From an uncultured delta proteobacterium (lineage in GTDB: Bacteria; Myxococcota_A; Polyangia; Polyangiales; Polyangiaceae), in NCBI GenBank assembly GCA_963806225.1, contig CAWDXG010000001.1, positions 1,056,001 to 1,120,000 of the forward strand: a stretch of DNA of 64,000 nucleotides, in the 5' to 3' direction. Shown here piece by piece: positions 31,754-40,439 of the stretch (positions within the stretch are counted from its first letter, which is position 1; each line of letters starts with the position of its first letter). Under the pieces are notes generated by a model. It was given only the letters and a program-made list of their open reading frames with translations. It was not told where the DNA came from and did no database searches. A program made the position numbers and the translations under genes.

Positions 31754-32295
31754 GATGTCTGGCGGCCGGCGCGCCCTTCCGGTCGCGCGCGCAGGTTGTC
31801 CCTTTCGCAGGATGAGGAGCGTCGATGGAGCCCTTGCGGGCATTGCCTCTCTTGAGGTTTGTAGCGAATCTCGAGCTTTTCTAGTCGGCGGCTCTGCGGC
31901 TCATGTCTTCACCGCAACACCGGTGTGCGGGCCTGTTGCCGTGCCCGACACGGCTTTCGTCGCCGGCCGTCCGCCGGACCGGGCCGATCCGGTTTCATTC
32001 TCGTGTTTCGTTCTACCTCTTCAGAGTTCCTTCACCCACTCTCCCGACCGCACCTGTTCGGTAGCAGCCTCCACCTGTCAGGGTTTTTTGGCCCTCTTCG
32101 CGGCATCACTTGGAGTTGCCGTGGCCGCCCGGAAGGCGGCGCTCCCGCACGGCATGCCGTCCCCAGGTTTTCTCAACCTCCCGACGGATCGCCGATTCCT
32201 CCAGCTGCGTGGACCTATTTCATCCCACAGCCACGTCCAGGGTTCCTCTGGACCTGCATGCGACCCGGCGAACCATTCGCCGACCGCCAGACGTC
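31754..32295 (-). ncRNA. Candidate large structured non-coding RNA (~540 nt), family unknown
   Basis: 18-bp terminal helix (32278-32295 with 31754-31771), many internal hairpins incl. GCAA-capped, A-rich linkers, own sigma54-type promoter, no credible ORF. Confidence 0.7.
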
Positions 32296-32305
32296 GGGGG
32301 AGTGT

Positions 32306-32321
32306 AGCAGGGACCGTGCCA
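32306..32321 (-). promoter_or_regulatory. Putative sigma54 promoter for the candidate ncRNA
   Basis: TGGCACG-GTCC-CTGCT; predicted +1 ~32295. Confidence 0.65.
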
Positions 32322-32531
32322 TCGACTGCTTTGTCGCATGCGCGCGGACTCCGCTGCGCCAGAACTGCGCTCTGCCGGTCACGCGACAACGCCGGGCGTC
32401 GAGCGCCTGTCGACGCCGTTGCTTGCGCAGCGGCGGATCGGACGAGCGCGCCATCGATGCGCGCCGAGACCGTGCCCTCGCAGAGTCTGCAGCGAAAAGG
32501 CGCACCCGGGACCGGATACGACAGGTCCACG

Positions 32532-32547
32532 TGGCACGCCGGGTGCA
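32532..32547 (+). promoter_or_regulatory. Putative sigma54 promoter (HPF-CSD)
   Basis: TGGCACG-CCGG-GTGCA; predicted +1 within ~2 nt of ATG 32560. Confidence 0.65.
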
Positions 32548-32559
32548 CCGATTGTCGTC

Positions 32560-33132
32560 ATGCAAATCCCTCTGCAGGTCACCTTCCGTGGCCTTCCCCC
32601 CTCCGACGCTTTCGAGGCCAGGATCCGGGAACGGGCCAGCAAGCTCGAACGCTTCCACGGTCGCATCACCAGCTGTCACGTGGTCGTCGAAGCGGCACAC
32701 CGCCACCGTCACAAGGGCAACCTGTACAACGTGCGCATCGATCTGAGGGTGCCCGGCGGCGAACTGGTCGTCAGCCGCGAACCCCCGGAGTGCGACTCGC
32801 ACCAGGACCCCTACGTTGCGCTCCGCGACGCCTTCGACGCCGCTGTGCGCCAGCTCGAGGACCATCTGCGTCGGCAGCGCGGAAAGGTGAAGAACCACGA
32901 GATACCAGCGCACGGGCGCGTGCTCGGCACGTCGTTGGTCGACGGCTATGGTTTCCTCGAGACGCCGGAGGGCGTCGAGGTGTACTTCCACGAGAACGCA
33001 GTCGTCGACGGGTCGTTCGCCGAGCTCGCTCCCGGTTCCCAGGTCCGCTTCGTCCTCGCGGAAGGCGAGGGCGAGCAGGGGCCACAAGCCAGCAGCGTGC
33101 AACCGGTGGGCAAGCATCACATTGTGGGCTAG
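32560..33132 (+). CDS. HPF/RaiA ribosome hibernation domain + cold-shock domain fusion
   Basis: PLQVTFRG...KLERFHGRITSCHVVVE...DPYVALRDAFDAA; YGFLET..EVYFHENAV. Confidence 0.9.
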   Translation: MQIPLQVTFRGLPPSDAFEARIRERASKLERFHGRITSCHVVVEAAHRHRHKGNLYNVRIDLRVPGGELVVSREPPECDSHQDPYVALRDAFDAAVRQLEDHLRRQRGKVKNHEIPAHGRVLGTSLVDGYGFLETPEGVEVYFHENAVVDGSFAELAPGSQVRFVLAEGEGEQGPQASSVQPVGKHHIVG

Positions 33133-33174
33133 GACAACACGTGGCGTGCTTCGGAGTTGCCAGGAGGTAGCAGG

Positions 33175-33585
33175 ATGGTCGTCGAGGAACTGATGAGTAG
33201 CAATCCCTTCGCCGTGTCGGTCGACGAGACCATCGGTGAAGTCCTGAACAAGCTTATGGAGGCCGACGTGCGGCACCTTCCTGTCGTGGAGGATGGCGCG
33301 CTGGTCGGCATCATTAGCGACCGCGACCTCAGAGCCTTCTCGCCTGCGGCAATCGCCGAGTTCGACCATCCAGGAGAAGTTGCCGCGCGCCTGGCGCAAC
33401 CGATCAGCAGCGTGATGAGCAGCGACGTGTTGTCGGTGAGCGCCGGTACGGACGTGACCGATGTGGTCGACATCATGCTCGAGCAGCGCATCGGCGCGGT
33501 TCCCGTCGTTGAACCCGACAGCTCGAGGCTCATCGGCATTGTGAGCTACATGGACGTGCTCAGGGCGGCGCGCGACAGCCTGTAG
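33175..33585 (+). CDS. CBS-domain pair protein
   Basis: VRHLPVVE..LVGIISDRDL; IGAVPVV..LIGIVSYMD. Confidence 0.9.
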   Translation: MVVEELMSSNPFAVSVDETIGEVLNKLMEADVRHLPVVEDGALVGIISDRDLRAFSPAAIAEFDHPGEVAARLAQPISSVMSSDVLSVSAGTDVTDVVDIMLEQRIGAVPVVEPDSSRLIGIVSYMDVLRAARDSL

Positions 33586-33589
33586 GTTC

Positions 33590-34762
33590 TCAGCGCGAAG
33601 TTGTGATCGCGGGCGGCCGCAGGGTGTTGAGCAGCGCGCCGGGGTCCTCGTCGCCGAAGCAGAGTCCGAGGTCCCGCCCGGTCTGTAGCAGGTCGGAGTC
33701 CAGGGGCACCGTGCGGACCCCGCGGGTTGCTTCTTCCAGGTCCACGAGCTCGATGCGCTGACCGCGGACCGACACTAGTCCGCTCTGGTTGGTCGTCGCA
33801 AGGAAGCGCGTGGCCGCGCAGCCCAGCTGCTGCGCGAGGACGCGATCGGACATCACCGGGCTGCCGCCGCGCTGCAGGTGACCGAGCACCAGGCTCCGCG
33901 TCTCCTTGCCGGTGCGATCCGCGATCTGGCGTGCCAGAACCTCGGCGATCCCGCCCAGCCGCGCATGTTCGTGGAAGGCGTCCTTGTCGCCCTGGAACAC
34001 CATGCCGCCGCCCAGCGGCCGGGCGCCCTCGGCGACGACGACGATCGAGAAGTGCCGGCCGATGGCTTCCCGACGCTGGATCTTCTCGCACACGCGGTCC
34101 AGGTCGTAGGGGATCTCCGGGATCAGCACGACATCCGCGCCGCCTGCGATGCCGGACTCCAGCGCGATCCAACCCGCGTAGCGCCCCATGACCTCCACGA
34201 CCATGACGCGCTCGTGCGACTGCGCCGTGGTGTGGATCTTGTCGATGGCGTCGGTGGCGGTGGCCACGGCCGTGGTAAACCCGAACGTCACGTCCGTGCC
34301 GGTTAGATCGTTGTCGATGGTCTTCGGAACCGCCATCACGCGCGGCAGGCCCCGCTCCAGCAGACGGCTCGCCAGCTTGATCGATCCGTCGCCGCCGATC
34401 GCCACCAGCGCGTCGAAACCGAGCTCGCGGAAGCGCCGGATGAGGCGGGACGAGACGTCCTTTGGAACGAGAGCGCCACCCTGCAGCACAGGGTAGTGGA
34501 AGGGATCATTGCGGCTGGCGGCGCCGAGGATGCTGCCTCCCTGGTGCATGATGCCGCGCACCGCGTCGCGGTCCAGGCGCGTGATGCCGGGGCTTCCGTC
34601 GGGGGCCTGCTCCTCCAGAAGGCCCCGGTAGCCATAGCGGATCCCCCAGACTTCCCAGCCCCGCGCGTGCGCGCTGAGCGCGACCGCGCGGATCACGGCG
34701 TTCAGGCCCGGTGCGTCGCCGCCGCCCGTGTTGACGGCAATCCTGCGGATCGAATCGGTCAT
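33590..34762 (-). CDS. pfkA: 6-phosphofructokinase
   Basis: TGGGDAPGLNAVIR, IGGDGS, PKTIDND, EVMGR, LGHLQRGG. Confidence 0.92.
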   Translation of the reverse strand: MTDSIRRIAVNTGGGDAPGLNAVIRAVALSAHARGWEVWGIRYGYRGLLEEQAPDGSPGITRLDRDAVRGIMHQGGSILGAASRNDPFHYPVLQGGALVPKDVSSRLIRRFRELGFDALVAIGGDGSIKLASRLLERGLPRVMAVPKTIDNDLTGTDVTFGFTTAVATATDAIDKIHTTAQSHERVMVVEVMGRYAGWIALESGIAGGADVVLIPEIPYDLDRVCEKIQRREAIGRHFSIVVVAEGARPLGGGMVFQGDKDAFHEHARLGGIAEVLARQIADRTGKETRSLVLGHLQRGGSPVMSDRVLAQQLGCAATRFLATTNQSGLVSVRGQRIELVDLEEATRGVRTVPLDSDLLQTGRDLGLCFGDEDPGALLNTLRPPAITTSR

Positions 34763-35005
34763 CGCTGCCCTCCGATGCACGGCGTGTTCCGGCCTTCCGG
34801 CAGATGGCGCGCCGTGCCACAGCGTGCTGTGGAAGGGTGGTCGTACGCAAGCGTTGCCGAACATTCTCGAGCGTAACGCACGCGCTGCGTGCGGACGGCG
34901 CGTCGCCGTGCAGGGGCAGCGGCGATCGCGGTGATAGGCCCGCGGCACGGAACCTGCAGCGCGTTCCGCGGCGCATCGAGACGCGCCGGGAGGGGATGCA
35001 CGACA

Positions 35006-35512
35006 ATGCTGGAGCAGAGCCGCGAAGAGGTTGTGTTGGTGATCATGGAGCACGGGTCCACCTGGCCCTCTTGGGTCGAGGAATGTCGCACCCGCACACC
35101 CGACGCGATCGTCATCGCCCAGCAGAACGACGAAGCGCCCGCCGAATTGGCGCTACGCGTCATGCATCGGCTCGGGGTGCTCGAGGCCCGGGGCCGGACC
35201 GTCGCGACCTCGGTTCTGGCTGCGGGCGACGGCAGCGACGACGAGATCTTCGAAGCGCGCTGCCGGGTTGCTCGTGCTCTGCTCGATCACATGTCGTCGC
35301 AGGGCAGCAGTGGGGGCCTGGTGTTTGCCGGACACGGGGCGGGCTATGCAGAAGGCCGACACGAGCTGATGTCGCTGGCGGGCACGCTCATGGACCAGCT
35401 CGCCGGCACCGAGCTCTCGATCGGGCTGCGCTTCGGCTACGCGGACGCGCCGGATTCGGGGTTGTGGGCGTGTGGGGCCGACCGCCCCGATGCCGAGCCC
35501 AGCGCGGCCTGA
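35006..35512 (+). CDS. Hypothetical protein
   Basis: Coding-like ORF with sigma54-like site CGGCACG-GAAC-CTGCA at 34943-34958. Confidence 0.65.
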   Translation: MLEQSREEVVLVIMEHGSTWPSWVEECRTRTPDAIVIAQQNDEAPAELALRVMHRLGVLEARGRTVATSVLAAGDGSDDEIFEARCRVARALLDHMSSQGSSGGLVFAGHGAGYAEGRHELMSLAGTLMDQLAGTELSIGLRFGYADAPDSGLWACGADRPDAEPSAA

Positions 35513-35524
35513 CGCGCGCGACCG

Positions 35525-36670
35525 CTACTGCACGATCACGAGCGACATCTCCACGACGCGCACCTTGTTGGCGCGGGCGACGCGCACCTTGACCTGCTCG
35601 CCTGGCTTGCGCCCGTCGAGCGTGTTGTACAGCTGGTCGTAATCGGTGATGGGTTTGCCGTCGATGCCGACGATGACGTCGCCGATCTCGAAACCGCCGG
35701 CCGTGCGGCGGATCCCCTGGAGCCCGGCCTTGTCCGCGGGACTGCCGGGCACCACATCGAGCACGACCACCCCCCGGAGCCCCAGCCGCCGCTCCAGTCG
35801 TCCCAGGGGATCGATCTGGATCCCGAGGCCGACCTGCTGCGCCCTGCCCGTCTTGATGATCTGCGGCACGATGCGCAGGATGAAGCGCGCGGGCACTGCG
35901 AAGCCGATGCCGGCCCAGGCGCCGCTCTTCGAGAAGATCATCGTGTTCATGCCGATGAGCTCGCCCGCGCTGTCGAGCAGCGGTCCGCCCGAGTTGCCCG
36001 GATTGATGGCCGCGTCGGTCTGGATCATGTCGTGGATGGTGACGCCGCCCACGCCCTGCACCCCGCGCCCCAGCGCGCTGACGATCCCGGTCGTGAGCGT
36101 GTGATCGAGGCCGAACGGGTTGCCGATCGCGATCACCTTCTGACCGACCACCAGCTGCGGCGGCTCCTTTCCGTGGAGGATCGGGTGCAGCTTCTCGTGC
36201 GGCGCGTCGATGTGCAGCACCGCGATGTCCTTGCGCGGTTCCACGCCCACGATGGACGCATCGTAGGTGTGCTGGTCCTCCAGCGTGACGGTGAGCCGCT
36301 TCGCGCCCTGCACGACGTGGAAATTGGTGACGATGTGCCCCTGGTCGTCCCAGACGAAGCCGGAGCCGGAGCCGGCCGGCACGTCGAGCGCCTGGCCGTG
36401 GAAGTAGTCGAACACCGTCTTGTGCTGCGAGACGAAGACCGCGGAGGGTGCGGCGCGCCCGAACACGGCGATCGTGTTCTTCTCGTCCTCCGTCCGCGCC
36501 CCCGGGGGCAACGGAGCGACCTCTGCTGCCGGCGGAGGAGTGGGGGCCGCGGTCTTCGCGGGGGAGGAATGCGCCGCGGTGGGCGCCGGGGTGTGCTTGC
36601 AGCCGCCGGCCGTGAGCCCGACAAGCAGCAGCAACAGGGAGAGGTAGAAGGGGTGGGTCCGGGGGAACAT
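35525..36670 (-). CDS. HtrA/DegP-family serine protease with PDZ (lipoprotein)
   Basis: GSGSGF, TNFHV, QTDAAINPGNSGG, PDZ. Confidence 0.93.
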   Translation of the reverse strand: MFPRTHPFYLSLLLLLVGLTAGGCKHTPAPTAAHSSPAKTAAPTPPPAAEVAPLPPGARTEDEKNTIAVFGRAAPSAVFVSQHKTVFDYFHGQALDVPAGSGSGFVWDDQGHIVTNFHVVQGAKRLTVTLEDQHTYDASIVGVEPRKDIAVLHIDAPHEKLHPILHGKEPPQLVVGQKVIAIGNPFGLDHTLTTGIVSALGRGVQGVGGVTIHDMIQTDAAINPGNSGGPLLDSAGELIGMNTMIFSKSGAWAGIGFAVPARFILRIVPQIIKTGRAQQVGLGIQIDPLGRLERRLGLRGVVVLDVVPGSPADKAGLQGIRRTAGGFEIGDVIVGIDGKPITDYDQLYNTLDGRKPGEQVKVRVARANKVRVVEMSLVIVQ

Positions 36671-36748
36671 GGTGCCGCCCTACATGCCGCGCGCAGCGCG
36701 TCGGCGCAACGACTCGCATCCTCCCCGTTGTGGGTGCAGACTCCCCGC

Positions 36749-37096
36749 GTGGGTGACGAACGCCGCTACGAGGTCATCGACCAGGAGCGCTGGCTCTACC
36801 GGCTGGAGCACCAGGACACCGAGGATTTCGACCGCCTGAAGTTCGCCATCCGGGTGCTTGGCGTGCTGGAGCCACCGGGAATGAAAGTCGCCGTCTACCG
36901 CAGGAAGCTCGACTTGCGCGTGGAGAGCGGACGCGATCTGGCCGGCGGCCCAGAAGCCAGCTGGGCCATCGTCGGCATCCCGTCGAACGCCAGCCGCCGC
37001 GCCATCGCCTATGCGCTGGCCGAGCTCGCGGGACAGGCGTCGGTGCCGTTCCTCGTGGACGTGCTGGTCCAGAGCGCGTCACGCCGGGTGAGCTGA
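36749..37096 (+). CDS. Hypothetical protein
   Basis: 3' part of ORF 36032..37096 reads as protein-like; start approximate. Confidence 0.55.
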   Translation: MGDERRYEVIDQERWLYRLEHQDTEDFDRLKFAIRVLGVLEPPGMKVAVYRRKLDLRVESGRDLAGGPEASWAIVGIPSNASRRAIAYALAELAGQASVPFLVDVLVQSASRRVS

Positions 37097-37182
37097 ACGT
37101 CTCCCGCTCATTTCCACGCGTCATACGGGGGCCCGGCACGGCATGGTCTGTGCAGGACCACCGTGAGCAGGGGAGGCGGGTG

Positions 37183-37545
37183 ATGTCGACGAGAGAGGTG
37201 TTGCGGGAGGAGTGGGGCGCGTTCTTCGACGCATTCAGCGGCGCGCACAGGGGCTGGCTGGTTTCGCTGGAGGTGTTCGCGGGCGAGCAGGGTGCTCAAC
37301 GGGAGGTGAGGGATCTGCCGCTCGAGGGAATCAGTGCGGACTTCGAAGCGGGCGCTACCCAGCTTACGATCTCGGTCGGGGGACGTCCGGAGCAACACAT
37401 CACGCACACTGTGAGCGCTCCGCTCCACGTCTGGATCAAGAGCGACGAGGACGCCGCGGAGGACACCCTGGAGCTCGAGACTCGACAAGGCGTCACGCTG
37501 CTACGCGTGCGCCAGCCGACATCCGATCGCCACAACGCGGCCTGA
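37183..37545 (+). CDS. DUF5335-like protein
   Basis: EEWGAFFDAFS...LPLEGISAD...HITHTVSAP; GGAGG RBS. Confidence 0.7.
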   Translation: MSTREVLREEWGAFFDAFSGAHRGWLVSLEVFAGEQGAQREVRDLPLEGISADFEAGATQLTISVGGRPEQHITHTVSAPLHVWIKSDEDAAEDTLELETRQGVTLLRVRQPTSDRHNAA

Positions 37546-37816
37546 GTGGGCGCGCGTCGCGCAGCGGAGGCTTGCGATCCGTCAATGTGCGCCTGGTGCC
37601 GCATCCCTGTCGTGACGCATCGCAAGTGGGCACGCCGACGGCGCGAAGCTTTCGCGACGTCCGCGCTCCAACGCAGAGCGTGCGCGCGTGCCGGGCGCTT
37701 GAAAGCCGCTGGGCGGAAGGCACGCGAGTTGCACGGTTGAACGACAGAGGTTCACCAAACCAGCCTCGGCATGCCCGGAATCGCTGGGCGTGGGAATCCC
37801 AGCGCGGAGTCCGACC

Positions 37817-39020
37817 ATGAAGAAGACAACCGAAGTGCTCGTCGTCGGCGGCGGTCCAGTCGGGATGTACACGGCACTGGCGCTCGCGGAGCGCGGGCTC
37901 GACGTGCAGATCGTCGACAAGGACAACCAGGGGGCCGCCCACAGCTACGGTCTGGCGCTGCATCCGCAATCGCTGCGCCTGCTCGACGAGCTGGGAGTCG
38001 CCCGGCACCTGTTGCAGGCGGGGCAGCGCATCGTGCGCCAGGTCTTCTACGATGGCGAAAAGCCCGCAATCTCGCTCGACTTCGGCGTCGTCGATGACGC
38101 ATTCCCCTACGTGCTCGTGGTCCCGCAGACCGCTCTGGAAGACGTGCTGGAGAGGGCCCTCGTCAAGCGCGGCATCCGCGTGCTGCGTGATCACCAGGCG
38201 CTCTCCGTCGAAAGCCACCCCGACTTCGTCGAGGTGGAGGTCGCGCGGATGGACAAGGCGTCGGTCGGTTATGGCGTCGCCCACACCGAGGCGAGCCTGG
38301 ATCGCATCTACAAGGTCCGCGCGGACTACGTGATCGGCGCCGATGGCTACGAATCGTTCGTCCGTCGCACCCAGCGCATTCCGGTCGAGAAAGTGCGCGC
38401 GACGCAATGGTTTGCCGTGTTCGAGTTCCCTCTGGAAATGAAGTTCACGGATGAGTCCCGCGTCGTCCTGCAGCAGACAACGAGCAGCGTCGTCTGGCCT
38501 CTGGGCCCCGCTCGCGGGCGCTGGGGCTTCGAGGTCGCCGAATCGCATGCCGCGCCAGGGCCGCAGGAGTTCGGCGAGCTTCTGGCCGCCCGCGCCCCGT
38601 GGTTCGGGCCCGCGCCCAGCGATCTCGGTCTGGTCGAGCACCGTGCGTTTCGAGCAGTATCTGGTGGACCGCTATGGTCAGGGCCGGGTCTGGCTCGTGG
38701 GAGACGCGGCCCACGGGACGAGCCCGGTCGGCGTCCAGAGCATGAACATCGGGTTCCGCGAGGCGCACGACCTCGTCCAGCGTCTGTCCGCCACTCGCGC
38801 GCGCAGCACGGACCGGGATCTCCTACACGGCTACAACGAGCGCTGGCGCGGAGAATGGCGGTCGATGCTCGGACTGTCGACCCGGCTGGCCTCGTCGGAC
38901 GACTCCGCGGCCTGGGCTGCGCGGAACGCCGAGCGGCTGTTGTCCTGCATTCCCGCTTCGGGCCACGACCTGACGCGACTGCTAGAGGAGCTGCATCTGG
39001 ATCTCCGCCCAGCGGCGTGA
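37817..39020 (+). CDS. FAD-dependent monooxygenase (frameshift near 38625)
   Basis: VVGGGPVG, IGADG, then GRVWLVGDAAH...QSMNIG in ORF 38451..39020. Confidence 0.85.
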
Positions 39021-39079
39021 CGCGTCGCGTCCGCCCACCGGGAACGCCGGTTCTGGGCGTCCGACCGGTGGAGGGGAAC

Positions 39080-39535
39080 ATGGATCGCGAAAGCTACACG
39101 CAGGCCGAGGTTGCAGGGCGTCTGTGGGCGGAGCAGAAGGCGGATATGCTCCGCGGCAACATCCCGGCGATGGACTGGCCGGAGCTCTGGCTGGAAAAGT
39201 GGGCCGGCAAGCTGCCGTTCGACGCGAGCAGCGTCGCGCCACGCGACCGGGCGGCGCTGCTCGCCGCAGCCAACGTCGCCGCGGCGCGCCGCTGGGGCGA
39301 GCTCGTCGAGCAGTGCCGCGAGAGCGAGGACGTGCTGGACGAGGAGACGGACGAGGAAGCCGACGCCGTCCAGCTCTACGAAGCCGTGCGCGCGGGGCTG
39401 CCCCGGGGTCTCGTGGCAGGGCGCGATGGTCCTCGCGTCTATCTCGAGGATACACTGCACGGCACGGAGCACACCGTCCGCTCGCTTGAAGACGCCTGGC
39501 GGGTGGTCGAGGAATGGCGGGAACGGCACGCATGA
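39080..39535 (+). CDS. Hypothetical protein
   Basis: GGAGGGG RBS; ATGA overlap with next gene. Confidence 0.65.
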   Translation: MDRESYTQAEVAGRLWAEQKADMLRGNIPAMDWPELWLEKWAGKLPFDASSVAPRDRAALLAAANVAAARRWGELVEQCRESEDVLDEETDEEADAVQLYEAVRAGLPRGLVAGRDGPRVYLEDTLHGTEHTVRSLEDAWRVVEEWRERHA

Positions 39536-40386
39536 CGGGAAAGGGCGCAGGCATGAGCACCGACAAGTTCTTCCGGGGGCCGCGCGTCACCATGACGACA
39601 AGCGAGGGCCGGGTCGAGTTGCCCATCGAGTACCGGGATGCCACGGCGACCACGGCGGTGTTTGCCGTCCAGCCCGAGCGGGCGCGGCCGTTGCTCCACG
39701 ACAGCGGCCTCGTGCCGCTGCTATTCCGCGGGCGGACCGCGGCCGTGGCGATCAGCTGGTTCGACTATCGCGACACGTCGATCGGCCCGTACCACGAGCT
39801 GTCGATCGCGGTGCTGGCGCATCACCCTCTGGACGCGCCGCGCTCTGCGTTGCTGGGCCTGTTGCGAGGCGGGGGAGCCGTCGGCGGGCACATCCTGCAT
39901 CTGCCGGTCACCACCGAGATCGCCTGCGCTGGAGGCCGCGAGCTGTGGGGGTATCCGAAGTTCGTTGCCGAGATGCCGATCGGGGTTTCGGGCGGCAGGA
40001 TGGAGGGCGCGCTGGTGCACGACGGCCAGCGCGTGCTGTCGATGCAGATCCCGGTGCCCGGCGGGCCCGGGCTGCCGATGCCGGACCTGAACACTCTCAG
40101 CGTGCTCGACGACAGATTGATCCGCACGCGGATCGCGACACACTGCCGGACCCGCCTCGCACGGGGAAACGGCGTGGAGCTCGTTCTGGAGCAGCCCGGA
40201 CATCCGGTCTGTCGCACGCTCGCCTCGCTGGGGCTGCCGTCCAGGGCGACGCTCGTGCTGCATTCGGACCCGTTCCTCTCGCTCCTGCCGCTGGGCTTGG
40301 CCGTGGCCGATGCGGCGCGCGGGAGCCGGCTCGGCGAGCGAGCATCGGCTGGAACGGCGGAGGCCGCGACACACCGCACGGCGTAG
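39532..40386 (+). CDS. Acetoacetate decarboxylase family protein
   Basis: DYRDTSIGPYHE, LPVTTE...GRELWGYPK. Confidence 0.85.
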   Translation: MTGKGAGMSTDKFFRGPRVTMTTSEGRVELPIEYRDATATTAVFAVQPERARPLLHDSGLVPLLFRGRTAAVAISWFDYRDTSIGPYHELSIAVLAHHPLDAPRSALLGLLRGGGAVGGHILHLPVTTEIACAGGRELWGYPKFVAEMPIGVSGGRMEGALVHDGQRVLSMQIPVPGGPGLPMPDLNTLSVLDDRLIRTRIATHCRTRLARGNGVELVLEQPGHPVCRTLASLGLPSRATLVLHSDPFLSLLPLGLAVADAARGSRLGERASAGTAEAATHRTA

Positions 40387-40439
40387 TCGCAGGTTTTTCC
40401 CGGCGTGCCGCGCCCGAGCCGCTACACTCGTCGGCGAGG

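Noticed and set aside
31754..32295. MITE, RNase P, tmRNA or raiA-motif reading of the element
   Set aside because: No target-site duplication or second copy in the window; no GAGGAAAGUC core or tRNA-like ends; antisense to the HPF gene. A MITE is not fully excluded
31371..33170. Long ORFs across the usp-HPF intergenic region
   Set aside because: Atypical composition, overlap real genes, no recognisable domains
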